Positions 1 to 8,013 are shown, counted from the stretch's first letter. The stretch: 64,000 nucleotides of DNA from a virus (IMGVR_UViG_3300017565_000017:128779-192778); one strand, 5' to 3'. Notes: generated by a model not told the origin, from the sequence alone. Numbers and translations: made by a program.

Positions 1-163
1 AAACGTGGGGAACGCCGGTAATGCGGCTATCGTCACCCGCCAAACCGTAGTCCCAGCTTTTCAAGTCGTAGACGATATCACCGACCTTAACACTTGCGTT
101 GGCAGCGTCAGCTCGTGTGACGACGTAAGACTTCGGCACCCAAGTGCTTTTGGACTCAGACAT
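1..163 (-). CDS. hypothetical protein, 3' truncated by window edge
   Basis: Hand translation MSESKSTWVPKSYVVTRADAANASVKVGDIVYDLKSWDYGLAGDDSRITGVPHV; start overlaps upstream stop; frame open to position 1. Confidence 0.6.
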   Translation of the reverse strand, partial: MSESKSTWVPKSYVVTRADAANASVKVGDIVYDLKSWDYGLAGDDSRITGVPHV

Positions 164-674
164 TGCCTGCTCCAACGCCCGAGAACGTGAGGTTGCCTTC
201 ACGGATAGCCGCCGCCTCCTGGGACAGAATCTGGCGCAGGAACGCCGACGGGATAAGCCCCTGGCGGCGAGCTTCCGCCTCCAACAGGTCGTATTCCGTC
301 TTGGACATACGGAAGCTCACGGTCTCGAGATTGAGCGCCTTGTCCACAGCTTCTGCGTCCTTGGCCGAAGCCACACGCAGCGTGTCGAGACGGATCACGT
401 GAACTATCTCGGAGTCCGGCTGGTTGGATACCGAGTAGTATTCGCCTTGCTCGAAGGCCACACGCACAGCGGTATCCGTCCAGCGCATCACCACACCTTC
501 CGAACGCCAGATATTTTCACCCGTGGCCGGGTCTACCATGGACTGTTGACGCAACGTCACCAGCTTCTGGCGCAGCTTACCTGCGAGTTCGTCGTGGGAA
601 CCATATTCCGGCTGTTCCTTGAGGTCGACAAGGCTCAGAGCCTCCAACTGCAACTTTAGAGTATCTGCAAGCAT
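156..674 (-). CDS. hypothetical protein with C-terminal ribbon-helix-helix-like DNA-binding segment
   Basis: VSFRMSKTEYDLLEAEARRQGLIPSAFLRQIL fits the RHH/CopG pattern. Confidence 0.6.
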   Translation of the reverse strand: MLADTLKLQLEALSLVDLKEQPEYGSHDELAGKLRQKLVTLRQQSMVDPATGENIWRSEGVVMRWTDTAVRVAFEQGEYYSVSNQPDSEIVHVIRLDTLRVASAKDAEAVDKALNLETVSFRMSKTEYDLLEAEARRQGLIPSAFLRQILSQEAAAIREGNLTFSGVGAGNV

Positions 675-685
675 GGGGTATCCTT

Positions 686-761
686 TGGAGGCCTAGGTGG
701 GACTCGAACCCACGACCCGGGAATTTAGAGTTCCCTGCTCTGCCAACTGAGCTACTAGGCC
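686..761 (-). tRNA. amber suppressor tRNA, anticodon CUA
   Basis: 76-nt canonical cloverleaf: GGCCTAG TA GCTC AGTTGGCA GAGC A GGGAA CT-CTA-AA TTCCC GGGTC GTGGG TTCGAGT CCCAC CTAGGCC T CCA; all four stems pair; CCA encoded. Confidence 0.95.
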
Positions 762-1072
762 AAATGACCGACGTAAATGTGCCGGTGGTTAGGGTCATAA
801 TACATTTCACTGAACCGCGAATCGAGCTGAGCCCTCAAGGGCGAACCACATTTCGCAGTACATAGCAGATAGACACCAGTTTCGGATTGCTCACCGGGTT
901 CAAGTTGGCGACCACGCTTTACACGGAGGCGACGTACCTCCGAGTTAGAATCGTAGGACGCGCACAAATCTGCTACTAGCCGTGAAAACGTGAGGCGGAT
1001 CAACTTATCGCCCCTCACAACACCCCAAACTCGGTTGAATTTCGGGCGCTTGAATTCGCAAACCTAAGACAT
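755..1072 (-). CDS. candidate amber-readthrough ORF (ATG-TCT-TAG-then 102 sense codons) ending inside the suppressor tRNA
   Basis: SD AGGAG (1081-1085), 8-nt spacer, ATG at 1072, TAG at 1066-1064, then open in frame to TAG TAG at 757-752. Confidence 0.5.
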
Positions 1073-1115
1073 GGTGTAATCTCCTAATGTAGCGGCCAGG
1101 GTAGGCCGTGGGGTA

Positions 1116-1144
1116 ATTATAGCCCTGTACGGGGGCCAGGGCAA
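1116..1144 (-). promoter_or_regulatory. sigma70-type promoter for amber ORF/tRNA
   Basis: TTGCCC-17 nt-TATAAT. Confidence 0.75.
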
Positions 1145-1147
1145 GCC

Positions 1148-1345
1148 CTATTTAAAGCGGGTAAGGCTCGGGAGGGCGGCTAGTCGCTGAGCTTTTTCTT
1201 CTGCGGTAAAGAGGTGAATACGTGACATCCGCATAGAGCTGGATTGTAGTGGAATTCGCTCATACACGGCGTTGCGCGCAGAACGTGCTTTTCGCCGATA
1301 GGCTTTCCACGTCGAGTGCTTATGACGAGCATGGCGCTGCTTCAT
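1148..1345 (-). CDS. small basic hypothetical protein
   Basis: ORF coupled to upstream gene (ATGA overlap); N-terminus MKQRHARHK. Confidence 0.6.
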   Translation of the reverse strand: MKQRHARHKHSTWKAYRRKARSARNAVYERIPLQSSSMRMSRIHLFTAEEKAQRLAALPSLTRFK

Positions 1346-1596
1346 AGGCGACCTTTGTATTTCACTAGGAACGGGATCGGTCCGGTGTTGTTCGCAATGA
1401 ACTGGCGCTGGTGCTCGCGGAACTGATGCATTTGAGCTTCATCGTTAGGATCTAGGCGCTTGCCTTCCAGTTGAGCCACCGCGAATTGCATGGCTCCAAT
1501 CCGGACTAACGTCTGAGCTCGTAGCTGGATTACGTAATTGTGGACGCAGTACGATTCCCACAACTGCCTCTTATGTCTACGATGGCGCTGCTTCAT
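1342..1596 (-). CDS. hypothetical protein
   Basis: ORF with ATGA overlaps; N-terminus MKQRHRRHK. Confidence 0.65.
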   Translation of the reverse strand: MKQRHRRHKRQLWESYCVHNYVIQLRAQTLVRIGAMQFAVAQLEGKRLDPNDEAQMHQFREHQRQFIANNTGPIPFLVKYKGRL

Positions 1597-1931
1597 AGGC
1601 TTCTCATGAACTCTTGAGTGAAGCTAATAACCCAGATACCCTCCTCGTGACGCTGCGTAGGATGGGCGTAGATGTCCGTGACAGTGTGAATGCCGTGATA
1701 CGTGGACAGGGGTCCCTTAGTGGCTTCAGTTGCCGACCCCGCTGCGTGACCTTCACCTAGCGGGTAGCGATTGATAAAGTCCATCGTCAGCGCTTGACCT
1801 GCGATCAGGACAATAGTGTCCTTGGCCGATGGGTCTGCCGCGTAGGTGTCGAATTCTGACCAGGACATAAGCCGATCTGCTCGGCAAATGCCCTGACCCA
1901 ACATGATTTGAATGTCTTCGTAAGTAGTCAT
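1593..1931 (-). CDS. hypothetical protein
   Basis: ORF in coupled gene string. Confidence 0.65.
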   Translation of the reverse strand: MTTYEDIQIMLGQGICRADRLMSWSEFDTYAADPSAKDTIVLIAGQALTMDFINRYPLGEGHAAGSATEATKGPLSTYHGIHTVTDIYAHPTQRHEEGIWVISFTQEFMRSL

Positions 1932-2173
1932 TTAGGCTCGTTGTGCGCAAAGATACGCGCGAGTAGATTTATACGGAACTCCGAAGCGCTTTTGTCAGCA
2001 GATGCTTCTACCGAAGCGTGGGCCATCTTCTTGAAGATTTCGGTGATATACGCATAGTTATCACCTTTACCTTCTTCCTTAGCCTTCGCCTTAGCGTCGC
2101 TCCATTTCTTCTCCAGAGAATCAATGGAACCTTTGCCTTCGGAGGCGAGTTTTTTGATGTAAGGTACGGGCAT
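1928..2173 (-). CDS. hypothetical protein
   Basis: ORF with CAGGAG SD. Confidence 0.7.
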   Translation of the reverse strand: MPVPYIKKLASEGKGSIDSLEKKWSDAKAKAKEEGKGDNYAYITEIFKKMAHASVEASADKSASEFRINLLARIFAHNEPK

Positions 2174-2209
2174 GGTCAGCTCCTGGTCAGTTAACCTTAT
2201 AAAACTGAC

Positions 2210-2428
2210 CTAGCGCCGCAAGCTCTGGACAATACGGTCCCAATCCTCACGGGGGAACCTGGAATGGAATTCATCGTCCAAACGCTTCCATTCCTTGTCC
2301 ACTTTGGTCTGGAGTTCCTTACGGTCCTTGGGGCTTTTGGCTTTGTCCAATTCCTCAAGGAGTTCGTAGAAGGCGCAACCCTGGCCGATAGTCGTACCCT
2401 TATACTGTCTGGATTTCTTGCCGGACAT
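2210..2428 (-). CDS. hypothetical protein (start re-assigned to MSGKKS)
   Basis: GAGGA SD 5 nt before ATG at 2428; ends TAG. Confidence 0.55.
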   Translation of the reverse strand: MSGKKSRQYKGTTIGQGCAFYELLEELDKAKSPKDRKELQTKVDKEWKRLDDEFHSRFPREDWDRIVQSLRR

Positions 2429-3008
2429 AACCATCCTCACGATTGCGAACGTTCTCGTGCATACGGGGCTTGCGATCACGTAGCATCGCAATAACCTCAT
2501 CGTGGTTCCACGGCAACATCAAGTTGTCAGGGCGGTTGTCCACACCAACATCGAACATGCGCCATTCGGGGAACCGAATCACGTGGCCGTGGCTGTGACC
2601 ATGTAGGTGGTAAGCCCCGTAGTGAGCGCCATCCCACTCGTAGATGGGAAAGTGGCAGTACACCATGTGGTCCCGACCGATCGAATTGTTGACAATAAGC
2701 GGAATGTGTACGTTCTCGAACAGTTCGTACAGGTAACGGTTCCGCTTAATGACCTTATCGTGATTGCCCGGAACGAGCTCGATCTTGCCTTGGAGGCGCT
2801 TGACCACCGCCTCAATTTGTTGGGGATTACCGAAGGAGAAGTCGCCAAGGAACCAGATAGTGTCCTCGGGCTTTACCACGGAATTCCAGGCTTCGATCAG
2901 GAGCTCGCCCATTTCCTCCACAGTTTCGCCCCGGCGCGTCGCCCGAGCGAACTTGAGGATGTTGTTGTGGTCAAAGTGTGTATCTGACGTGTACCACGTA
3001 TTAGCCAT
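2400..3008 (-). CDS. calcineurin-like metallophosphoesterase
   Basis: Motifs SDTHFDH, LGDF, GNHD, HFP, HGHSHG. Confidence 0.9.
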   Translation of the reverse strand: MANTWYTSDTHFDHNNILKFARATRRGETVEEMGELLIEAWNSVVKPEDTIWFLGDFSFGNPQQIEAVVKRLQGKIELVPGNHDKVIKRNRYLYELFENVHIPLIVNNSIGRDHMVYCHFPIYEWDGAHYGAYHLHGHSHGHVIRFPEWRMFDVGVDNRPDNLMLPWNHDEVIAMLRDRKPRMHENVRNREDGYVRQEIQTV

Positions 3009-4443
3009 CGTTATAACCTAATTGTGAATAGACTTGATCCACAGACTGCCTCAGGACCCACACGCGCTGCTCACTGTCCGTTAAGGACGTGAGCGCAGCA
3101 TTTAGCGGAGTACCTTTAGCCATCATTTGGTAGAGAGGCATCAGGTCTTCGCCATAGGCGTTGGAAAGCGCAGCCGTATCACATATGATTCTATTTACGT
3201 TTTGGGGTTCGGTACGACCAATCCGCTTAATAAGCGCATAGTAGCGAGACTTCATCTTGATTAGACGTCCGGTTTCCGGATCCTGGACCACAAAACCCTC
3301 GTGACGGCAGCGCTTCAGTTCCTGACGGAGATCACCCACCAGAGCCTTGCTCGTTCCCAACAGCTCCGCATTCTGTCGGTGAGGACGAAGTGCTATAGGG
3401 GTTGCCCCACTAGCTTCAACTACAATGTGTGGGTCCGTAGGGTCGCAAATCTCAAAGAGCCACGTACATAGACCTTCCGATTTGGCTTGGATACCCTCCA
3501 GATGCTCTTTCGCCATATCTACAAAGCGCGAATCCATAGAGCCTGTGGTAGAGAACAGAGGACCGTACTTAGGATGATCCGTATACGCGGCCATGAATCC
3601 GTTGACCTTGCGAGCGTAAGTAACGCACTGGTCATCCCGGAAGCGCACTACGGGCAAAATACCCAGCGCTTCCCCCTCGGCTGCCAGCTTCGTAAACGGA
3701 TGCACTACAATGTTCCAGTTCTCGTCCACCACAAGACCACGCATTTCGATAGCCGCGTAATCCCAGAGGTTGCGGTACATGCAATCGTGTGTGTACTTCA
3801 GGATGCGCAGGCCCGGATAGTTCTTAACTTGACGCACACTGACAAGCATACGATTGGTGTCCACCCACGCTTTGAGCTGGGCCGGGTCGTAAACATTGAA
3901 TTCGGGACCGGCTACAACAGACCGCACCTTTTCAAAGCCAATGTCGTCTGGAACCCACTGTACGTCTGCGTAATAACGGCGCAGGTCCGAAACATTGATC
4001 TTGGAATGCTGTTCGCGCACAGAGTCTTCGGGGACAGCTTTGTCCCCTCGGCCTACCTGACGAGCGATACACTCGTCGAGCGGCGTATTGACGACAATCG
4101 CCCTCAGCTCGTACCCATACTGATACTTGGCGTTCACATACTTCATGCGGCGCGCGGGCGTGAGGTTGGTGGAGTCTGCGATAATGCCGACACCGGAACG
4201 CACCAGATTGGCTAAGAATGTCTTGGCGTACTGGCCGTACTCGCGGTCATTCTCGGAGCAGTATCGGAACGCGTCCCGTGCGTCCGGAGTGCGCCCTGTG
4301 CGCTTCACATAGAACTCAGCGCGGAGGTCATCATGCGAATACACCTTGTAATCCGGGTGCTGCTCCAGCAGCTTCTGGCGAATCGTTGACTTACCAGAAC
4401 CGGCTACCCCGATCAATACAATGATCTCTTTACTCATGGTCAA
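3001..4443 (-). CDS. polynucleotide kinase (AAA_33 P-loop) fused to Rnl1-type RNA ligase
   Basis: N-terminal GVAGSGKST, D-x-x-R and DSTNL; C-terminal nucleotidyltransferase motifs KVNG (I), LFEI (III), EGFVV (IV), KMK (V). Confidence 0.85.
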   Translation of the reverse strand: MTMSKEIIVLIGVAGSGKSTIRQKLLEQHPDYKVYSHDDLRAEFYVKRTGRTPDARDAFRYCSENDREYGQYAKTFLANLVRSGVGIIADSTNLTPARRMKYVNAKYQYGYELRAIVVNTPLDECIARQVGRGDKAVPEDSVREQHSKINVSDLRRYYADVQWVPDDIGFEKVRSVVAGPEFNVYDPAQLKAWVDTNRMLVSVRQVKNYPGLRILKYTHDCMYRNLWDYAAIEMRGLVVDENWNIVVHPFTKLAAEGEALGILPVVRFRDDQCVTYARKVNGFMAAYTDHPKYGPLFSTTGSMDSRFVDMAKEHLEGIQAKSEGLCTWLFEICDPTDPHIVVEASGATPIALRPHRQNAELLGTSKALVGDLRQELKRCRHEGFVVQDPETGRLIKMKSRYYALIKRIGRTEPQNVNRIICDTAALSNAYGEDLMPLYQMMAKGTPLNAALTSLTDSEQRVWVLRQSVDQVYSQLGYNDG

Positions 4444-4645
4444 TATCCAGCTTATTTAAGAGATAAACTTTACTTTGAAGCTCAATTCGTAGCTCTTCGA
4501 TCTCAGCATCCTTACTCTCAAGTAGCCGAGCCACACTGTTTAGGAACGCCTCGGGGTCTTTGGAAGTACTCTGCATAACCCGTAGCTCAGTACGGTAAAA
4601 AGAGGTGGCTTGGTTCTGCGTGTTTTCAGTGTTTTCCTGTTCCAT
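4430..4645 (-). CDS. hypothetical protein
   Basis: ORF in operon. Confidence 0.55.
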   Translation of the reverse strand: MEQENTENTQNQATSFYRTELRVMQSTSKDPEAFLNSVARLLESKDAEIEELRIELQSKVYLLNKLDIDHE

Positions 4646-4662
4646 AGTCCACGACCGGTAGA

Positions 4663-4688
4663 GAAATAAAAACGCCCCTCAGGGCGTC
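4663..4688 (-). terminator. intrinsic terminator
   Basis: GACGCCC-TGAG-GGGCGTT followed by TTTATTT. Confidence 0.7.
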
Positions 4689-4694
4689 CTAGGG

Positions 4695-5072
4695 TTATTT
4701 GGGGTCTAGAAGAGCCCGCATAGCAAGCGTCGGGTCCGTAGCCTTTGCAATAGGCTCCTCTTCGATGGGTCCGTAATGAATGGGATTCACCCGATATTCC
4801 ACACGAACAGCCGAGCCGTGATTGGCAGTGCTACGACGGCGCTCACGCGTGTTCATGGTCTGAACCCAGGATTCGGCGCGTTTCAACGTCTCGAAGTCCT
4901 TGTGGTGCTCCCACACTGGAGTGCGCCCAGTCTGGACGACGCGCCACTGCACAGAGAAGTTCTTGGGCTCGTGTCGTACGAATTTAGGTTGCTTGATGTC
5001 CTCTTCCACCGGCGTCGCTCTTTGATCGCGCGCCCAGGTCGACGGACCCCACCAACTACCCGACTTACTCAT
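4695..5072 (-). CDS. hypothetical protein
   Basis: GGAG SD then ATG (MSKSGSWW). Confidence 0.6.
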   Translation of the reverse strand: MSKSGSWWGPSTWARDQRATPVEEDIKQPKFVRHEPKNFSVQWRVVQTGRTPVWEHHKDFETLKRAESWVQTMNTRERRRSTANHGSAVRVEYRVNPIHYGPIEEEPIAKATDPTLAMRALLDPK

Positions 5073-5442
5073 GGTTTGCTCCAACTAGAATTATTTCAGT
5101 TCTCCATTCATACCCAGGTATGTCCTCGTGTGCCTGGGAATGACGCTGCAACATGCAGCCCCGTTCATTAGAAAGGGCCATCAAGACCCGTATTTCAGGA
5201 AGACCTGAACGGACATCGTACAAGTAGTCAAAATGATGCCACAGCTTCAAATCGCCCGGCACGGCCAAATACTCTTCCCGGGTGATCGTGTGAAAATTGC
5301 GCGCTTGCAGGAGGGGCCATTGAACACGTGAATGCGGCTTATCCTCGACAAACCTTACATAACCCGGACGACCGAAATTGTCCACTATCCACATATACTG
5401 ACCAACGAGTGAGTTGATCTTCAGCTTGTTTTTATCCTGCAT
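5065..5442 (-). CDS. hypothetical protein (start re-assigned to MQDKNK)
   Basis: First ATG downstream of promoter with TAAGG SD. Confidence 0.6.
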   Translation of the reverse strand: MQDKNKLKINSLVGQYMWIVDNFGRPGYVRFVEDKPHSRVQWPLLQARNFHTITREEYLAVPGDLKLWHHFDYLYDVRSGLPEIRVLMALSNERGCMLQRHSQAHEDIPGYEWRTEIILVGANHE

Positions 5443-5511
5443 GCTGCGCCTTATGCGTGGGGTAAGGGCCAGCCCATAAAGCAACGGCCCCGCATTGGTG
5501 TATACGGGGCC

Positions 5512-5540
5512 ATTATAGCGCGTTTACGGCGTTTGCGTAA
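5512..5540 (-). promoter_or_regulatory. sigma70-type promoter in TC/GA-free tract 5436-5578
   Basis: TTACGC-17 nt-TATAAT. Confidence 0.6.
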
Positions 5541-5552
5541 CGGGGTAATGGG

Positions 5553-6296
5553 CTAACCTTTAGCCCGCTGTACGGCCTCCGCCAGCGTCTTGAACTCTTG
5601 AGGTGTTGGAATGCTGTCGAAGAGTTGATATCGGCTGAACCAGCGTTTCCGGGCGCGGTCTGAGAATAGAAACCGTGACCATTCAAGCACGCTAGATGCT
5701 GCCATCAGCAGATCTTGATTCACCGACATCGGTGGCGAGACTTCCACCGGGACTGCGTAAATGGCATACCGACCTTCCGGCAGATCTGGCATCCAGAAGG
5801 CGCGCACGAACTGCTTTTCCTTCTTATCTTGGCCTCCCACTATATTGTCAACGCGCACATAGCCCATGACTTTGTCGGAGGCGTCCTGCGGGATCTTATC
5901 CAGCAGAGAAACCTCGTTCATAAGGCGGCAGAGGCGTCGTGCGTACATCAGCTTGGAAGCAGTGGCACCGAAGTCTCCGGTGATCTCTGCGTAGACGGCT
6001 ACATCTGCAAAGAAATCGTCAGACTGCAAGCCAATCTTGCGCGGGTTGAGCTTGTCCACCGACACCTGCCACGGACCGGCGTCCGGAACAGGCGGCACCT
6101 TAGCCCCGAGACCTATACGGAACGCCTGGAACAGATCATACCGGGTGTGAGGCATTTCGTCAGCGACCTGGGCCGGGGTCTTATCCCCGTGCAGTTCAAC
6201 CCACTTCTCGGAGCCGAATTCCTTAAGGTCGCTTTCCAAGAGCTCTGTGTAGAGTTGGATAAAGAGAATTTCGTCTTGCGTGTATACGCGAGCCAT
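5553..6296 (-). CDS. hypothetical protein
   Basis: 247-aa ORF abutting upstream stop. Confidence 0.7.
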   Translation of the reverse strand: MARVYTQDEILFIQLYTELLESDLKEFGSEKWVELHGDKTPAQVADEMPHTRYDLFQAFRIGLGAKVPPVPDAGPWQVSVDKLNPRKIGLQSDDFFADVAVYAEITGDFGATASKLMYARRLCRLMNEVSLLDKIPQDASDKVMGYVRVDNIVGGQDKKEKQFVRAFWMPDLPEGRYAIYAVPVEVSPPMSVNQDLLMAASSVLEWSRFLFSDRARKRWFSRYQLFDSIPTPQEFKTLAEAVQRAKG

Positions 6297-6884
6297 TTAG
6301 CCTCTGTTCATTGCGAGTTCAAAGCGAGGCTCTGCGAGCCCCGTTCCGTAGATATACTTACCCCACGGCACGGTACGGATACCGTAGGATCCTACCTCCA
6401 AGCCGTTAAGGTTGATGTCGAAACCTTCCGGCGTAGCTACTGTCACCAGATTGGCTTCGTCTTCCGGATCCAGAAACATCTGCATGCACTGGATAGCGCT
6501 GGTCATCACATCCATCAACGAATCCGCGTCAACCTCATCGTTGCGGAACAGTTCCACCTTCATGAAGGTGTACCGGTGCGTGGGGCCAAACTCACGGCCC
6601 TCGTCCCGGAAGCATGGTGTGATAGCCACGTAAGACCCAGGGCTCTGGCTCAGATTCAGCTCCAGAAAACCCTGTTCCGCGGAACCTACGAGATCGCCGT
6701 GGTAAGGAACCCCCATAAGCCGACCCGTATCCGGGCAGGTCAGGATTGAGGTATGGCGGTCGACCAGCCATGGGACGCTACTATACGTGTACCCACAGTT
6801 CTCGTAAAACTCCAAGGCCGTTGTCAGACGTTGCCAGCCTGACGAGGAAATCTTGGGGTCACTGTTACGGTAGCGCGAGATCAT
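6297..6884 (-). CDS. minimal class II aminoacyl-tRNA synthetase-like protein (SerRS-like catalytic core only)
   Basis: Motif 1 GYTYSSVPW, LVGSAEQ, motif 2 TPCFRDE...FMKVEL, motif 3 GTGLAEPRF; only 195 aa. Confidence 0.8.
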   Translation of the reverse strand: MISRYRNSDPKISSSGWQRLTTALEFYENCGYTYSSVPWLVDRHTSILTCPDTGRLMGVPYHGDLVGSAEQGFLELNLSQSPGSYVAITPCFRDEGREFGPTHRYTFMKVELFRNDEVDADSLMDVMTSAIQCMQMFLDPEDEANLVTVATPEGFDINLNGLEVGSYGIRTVPWGKYIYGTGLAEPRFELAMNRG

Positions 6885-7183
6885 GAACGTCTCCCGCTCT
6901 GGAAGGCGCGCTTGGTAGCGTCGCTCATGATGCGAATATCTTCCATGGTGATGCCCGGGTGATTCTTCGCCAAGAACGCTTCCATGGCCCCATACATATC
7001 GGCCATTTCCGCCAGGGTCATGATCTTGTTCCCTTGCAGGTATGCGTCGATCAGTTCCGACAGTTCTTCCTGGATCTTGGAGATATCACCCAGCACACCC
7101 TTCTTGATGTGCGTCGTGTGATAACCCGCAGGGCGGGTGTCCGGCAGAGGGAAAGAATCTTCAGCGGAGTGTGCCATAATCAA
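6881..7183 (-). CDS. MazG-like all-alpha NTP pyrophosphohydrolase
   Basis: KIQEELSELIDA...AEMADMYG resembles the EExxE...ExxD metal motif. Confidence 0.6.
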   Translation of the reverse strand: MIMAHSAEDSFPLPDTRPAGYHTTHIKKGVLGDISKIQEELSELIDAYLQGNKIMTLAEMADMYGAMEAFLAKNHPGITMEDIRIMSDATKRAFQSGRRS

Positions 7184-8013
7184 CCTTTACGGTGGCGGAA
7201 CGATTGTTTGAGGTCAAAACCCGCAGCCACAATCTTTTCCTTGTCGGTCATTTGGGTAGCGGGCATCGTGTCCGGGCTTTCGTTCATCGTGTTGGCGATG
7301 AAATATTCCAGGTCTTGGTAGAGCTGGTACGGATCAACAACCGATTGGAAATCATGCTCTTGGAGGACCGGCAGATAGTAGCCGATGTGGTACGAAACTT
7401 CCGTCTGCTTGGTCGTCTGTGCGGGGCCAAAGATGCTGAACACCGGAGCTTGCAGCTTGCGGTGAATAGCCAGCAGCGTCTCCCCTCCGTCGATGGGGGT
7501 CGAGAACCGGGCGCGGGCCGCGTTACTCATGAGGGGCCATGCCGCGTGACCTTCGTGCAGCAGCGTATAGGATTTAGGATCATCCTCGACCCGGCGCTTA
7601 CGCTCTCGGGTTTCCCCAACTTGGCGCTCACGCTCTTCTTCTGTCATGCCCTTGCGCCCGATAACTGCGTACACCTTGCCCGCGACAGCAATCCAGTATG
7701 TGTCGTATTGACTCAGACGAGACGCAAAGTCCTTCTTGGTCTTCTTGTCCAGAGGACGGCCTTCTTCATCGACTTCCCGATAATCTAGGGAGCGACTCAC
7801 CCACGAGTATTTGCGGTACGGGGAATAGATATCGATGAGGCCGAGCCCCGCCGAAGTACCCTCCACGGTGGTCACGAACGTCGGGTGACGGTTTAGAAAG
7901 TAGGGGTTCGGAGCGCCTTCAAAGGCACGCCGGACATATGTATGCTTCTCGTCACGACCATGGACGTGGCTGACGAAGTCATAGAAATCACGGAAGGGGC
8001 TGAGAATTTTCAT
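7180..8013 (-). CDS. phage hypothetical protein (start MKILSPFRDFYD)
   Basis: Long ORF; MKI-x-S-x-F-x-D-[FY]-YD type N-terminus recalled from phage hypotheticals. Confidence 0.7.
   Translation of the reverse strand: MKILSPFRDFYDFVSHVHGRDEKHTYVRRAFEGAPNPYFLNRHPTFVTTVEGTSAGLGLIDIYSPYRKYSWVSRSLDYREVDEEGRPLDKKTKKDFASRLSQYDTYWIAVAGKVYAVIGRKGMTEEERERQVGETRERKRRVEDDPKSYTLLHEGHAAWPLMSNAARARFSTPIDGGETLLAIHRKLQAPVFSIFGPAQTTKQTEVSYHIGYYLPVLQEHDFQSVVDPYQLYQDLEYFIANTMNESPDTMPATQMTDKEKIVAAGFDLKQSFRHRKG

Noticed and set aside
686-761. tRNAPyl / pyrrolysine system
   Set aside because: The tRNA has a canonical 5-bp anticodon stem, G18G19, TTC loop and U73, unlike tRNAPyl; no pylBCD genes seen
762-1050. tmRNA, RNase P RNA or group I intron upstream of the tRNA
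   Set aside because: No tmRNA 3' T-arm/acceptor half, no RNase P P4 signature and no group I P7 R/S elements could be found by eye
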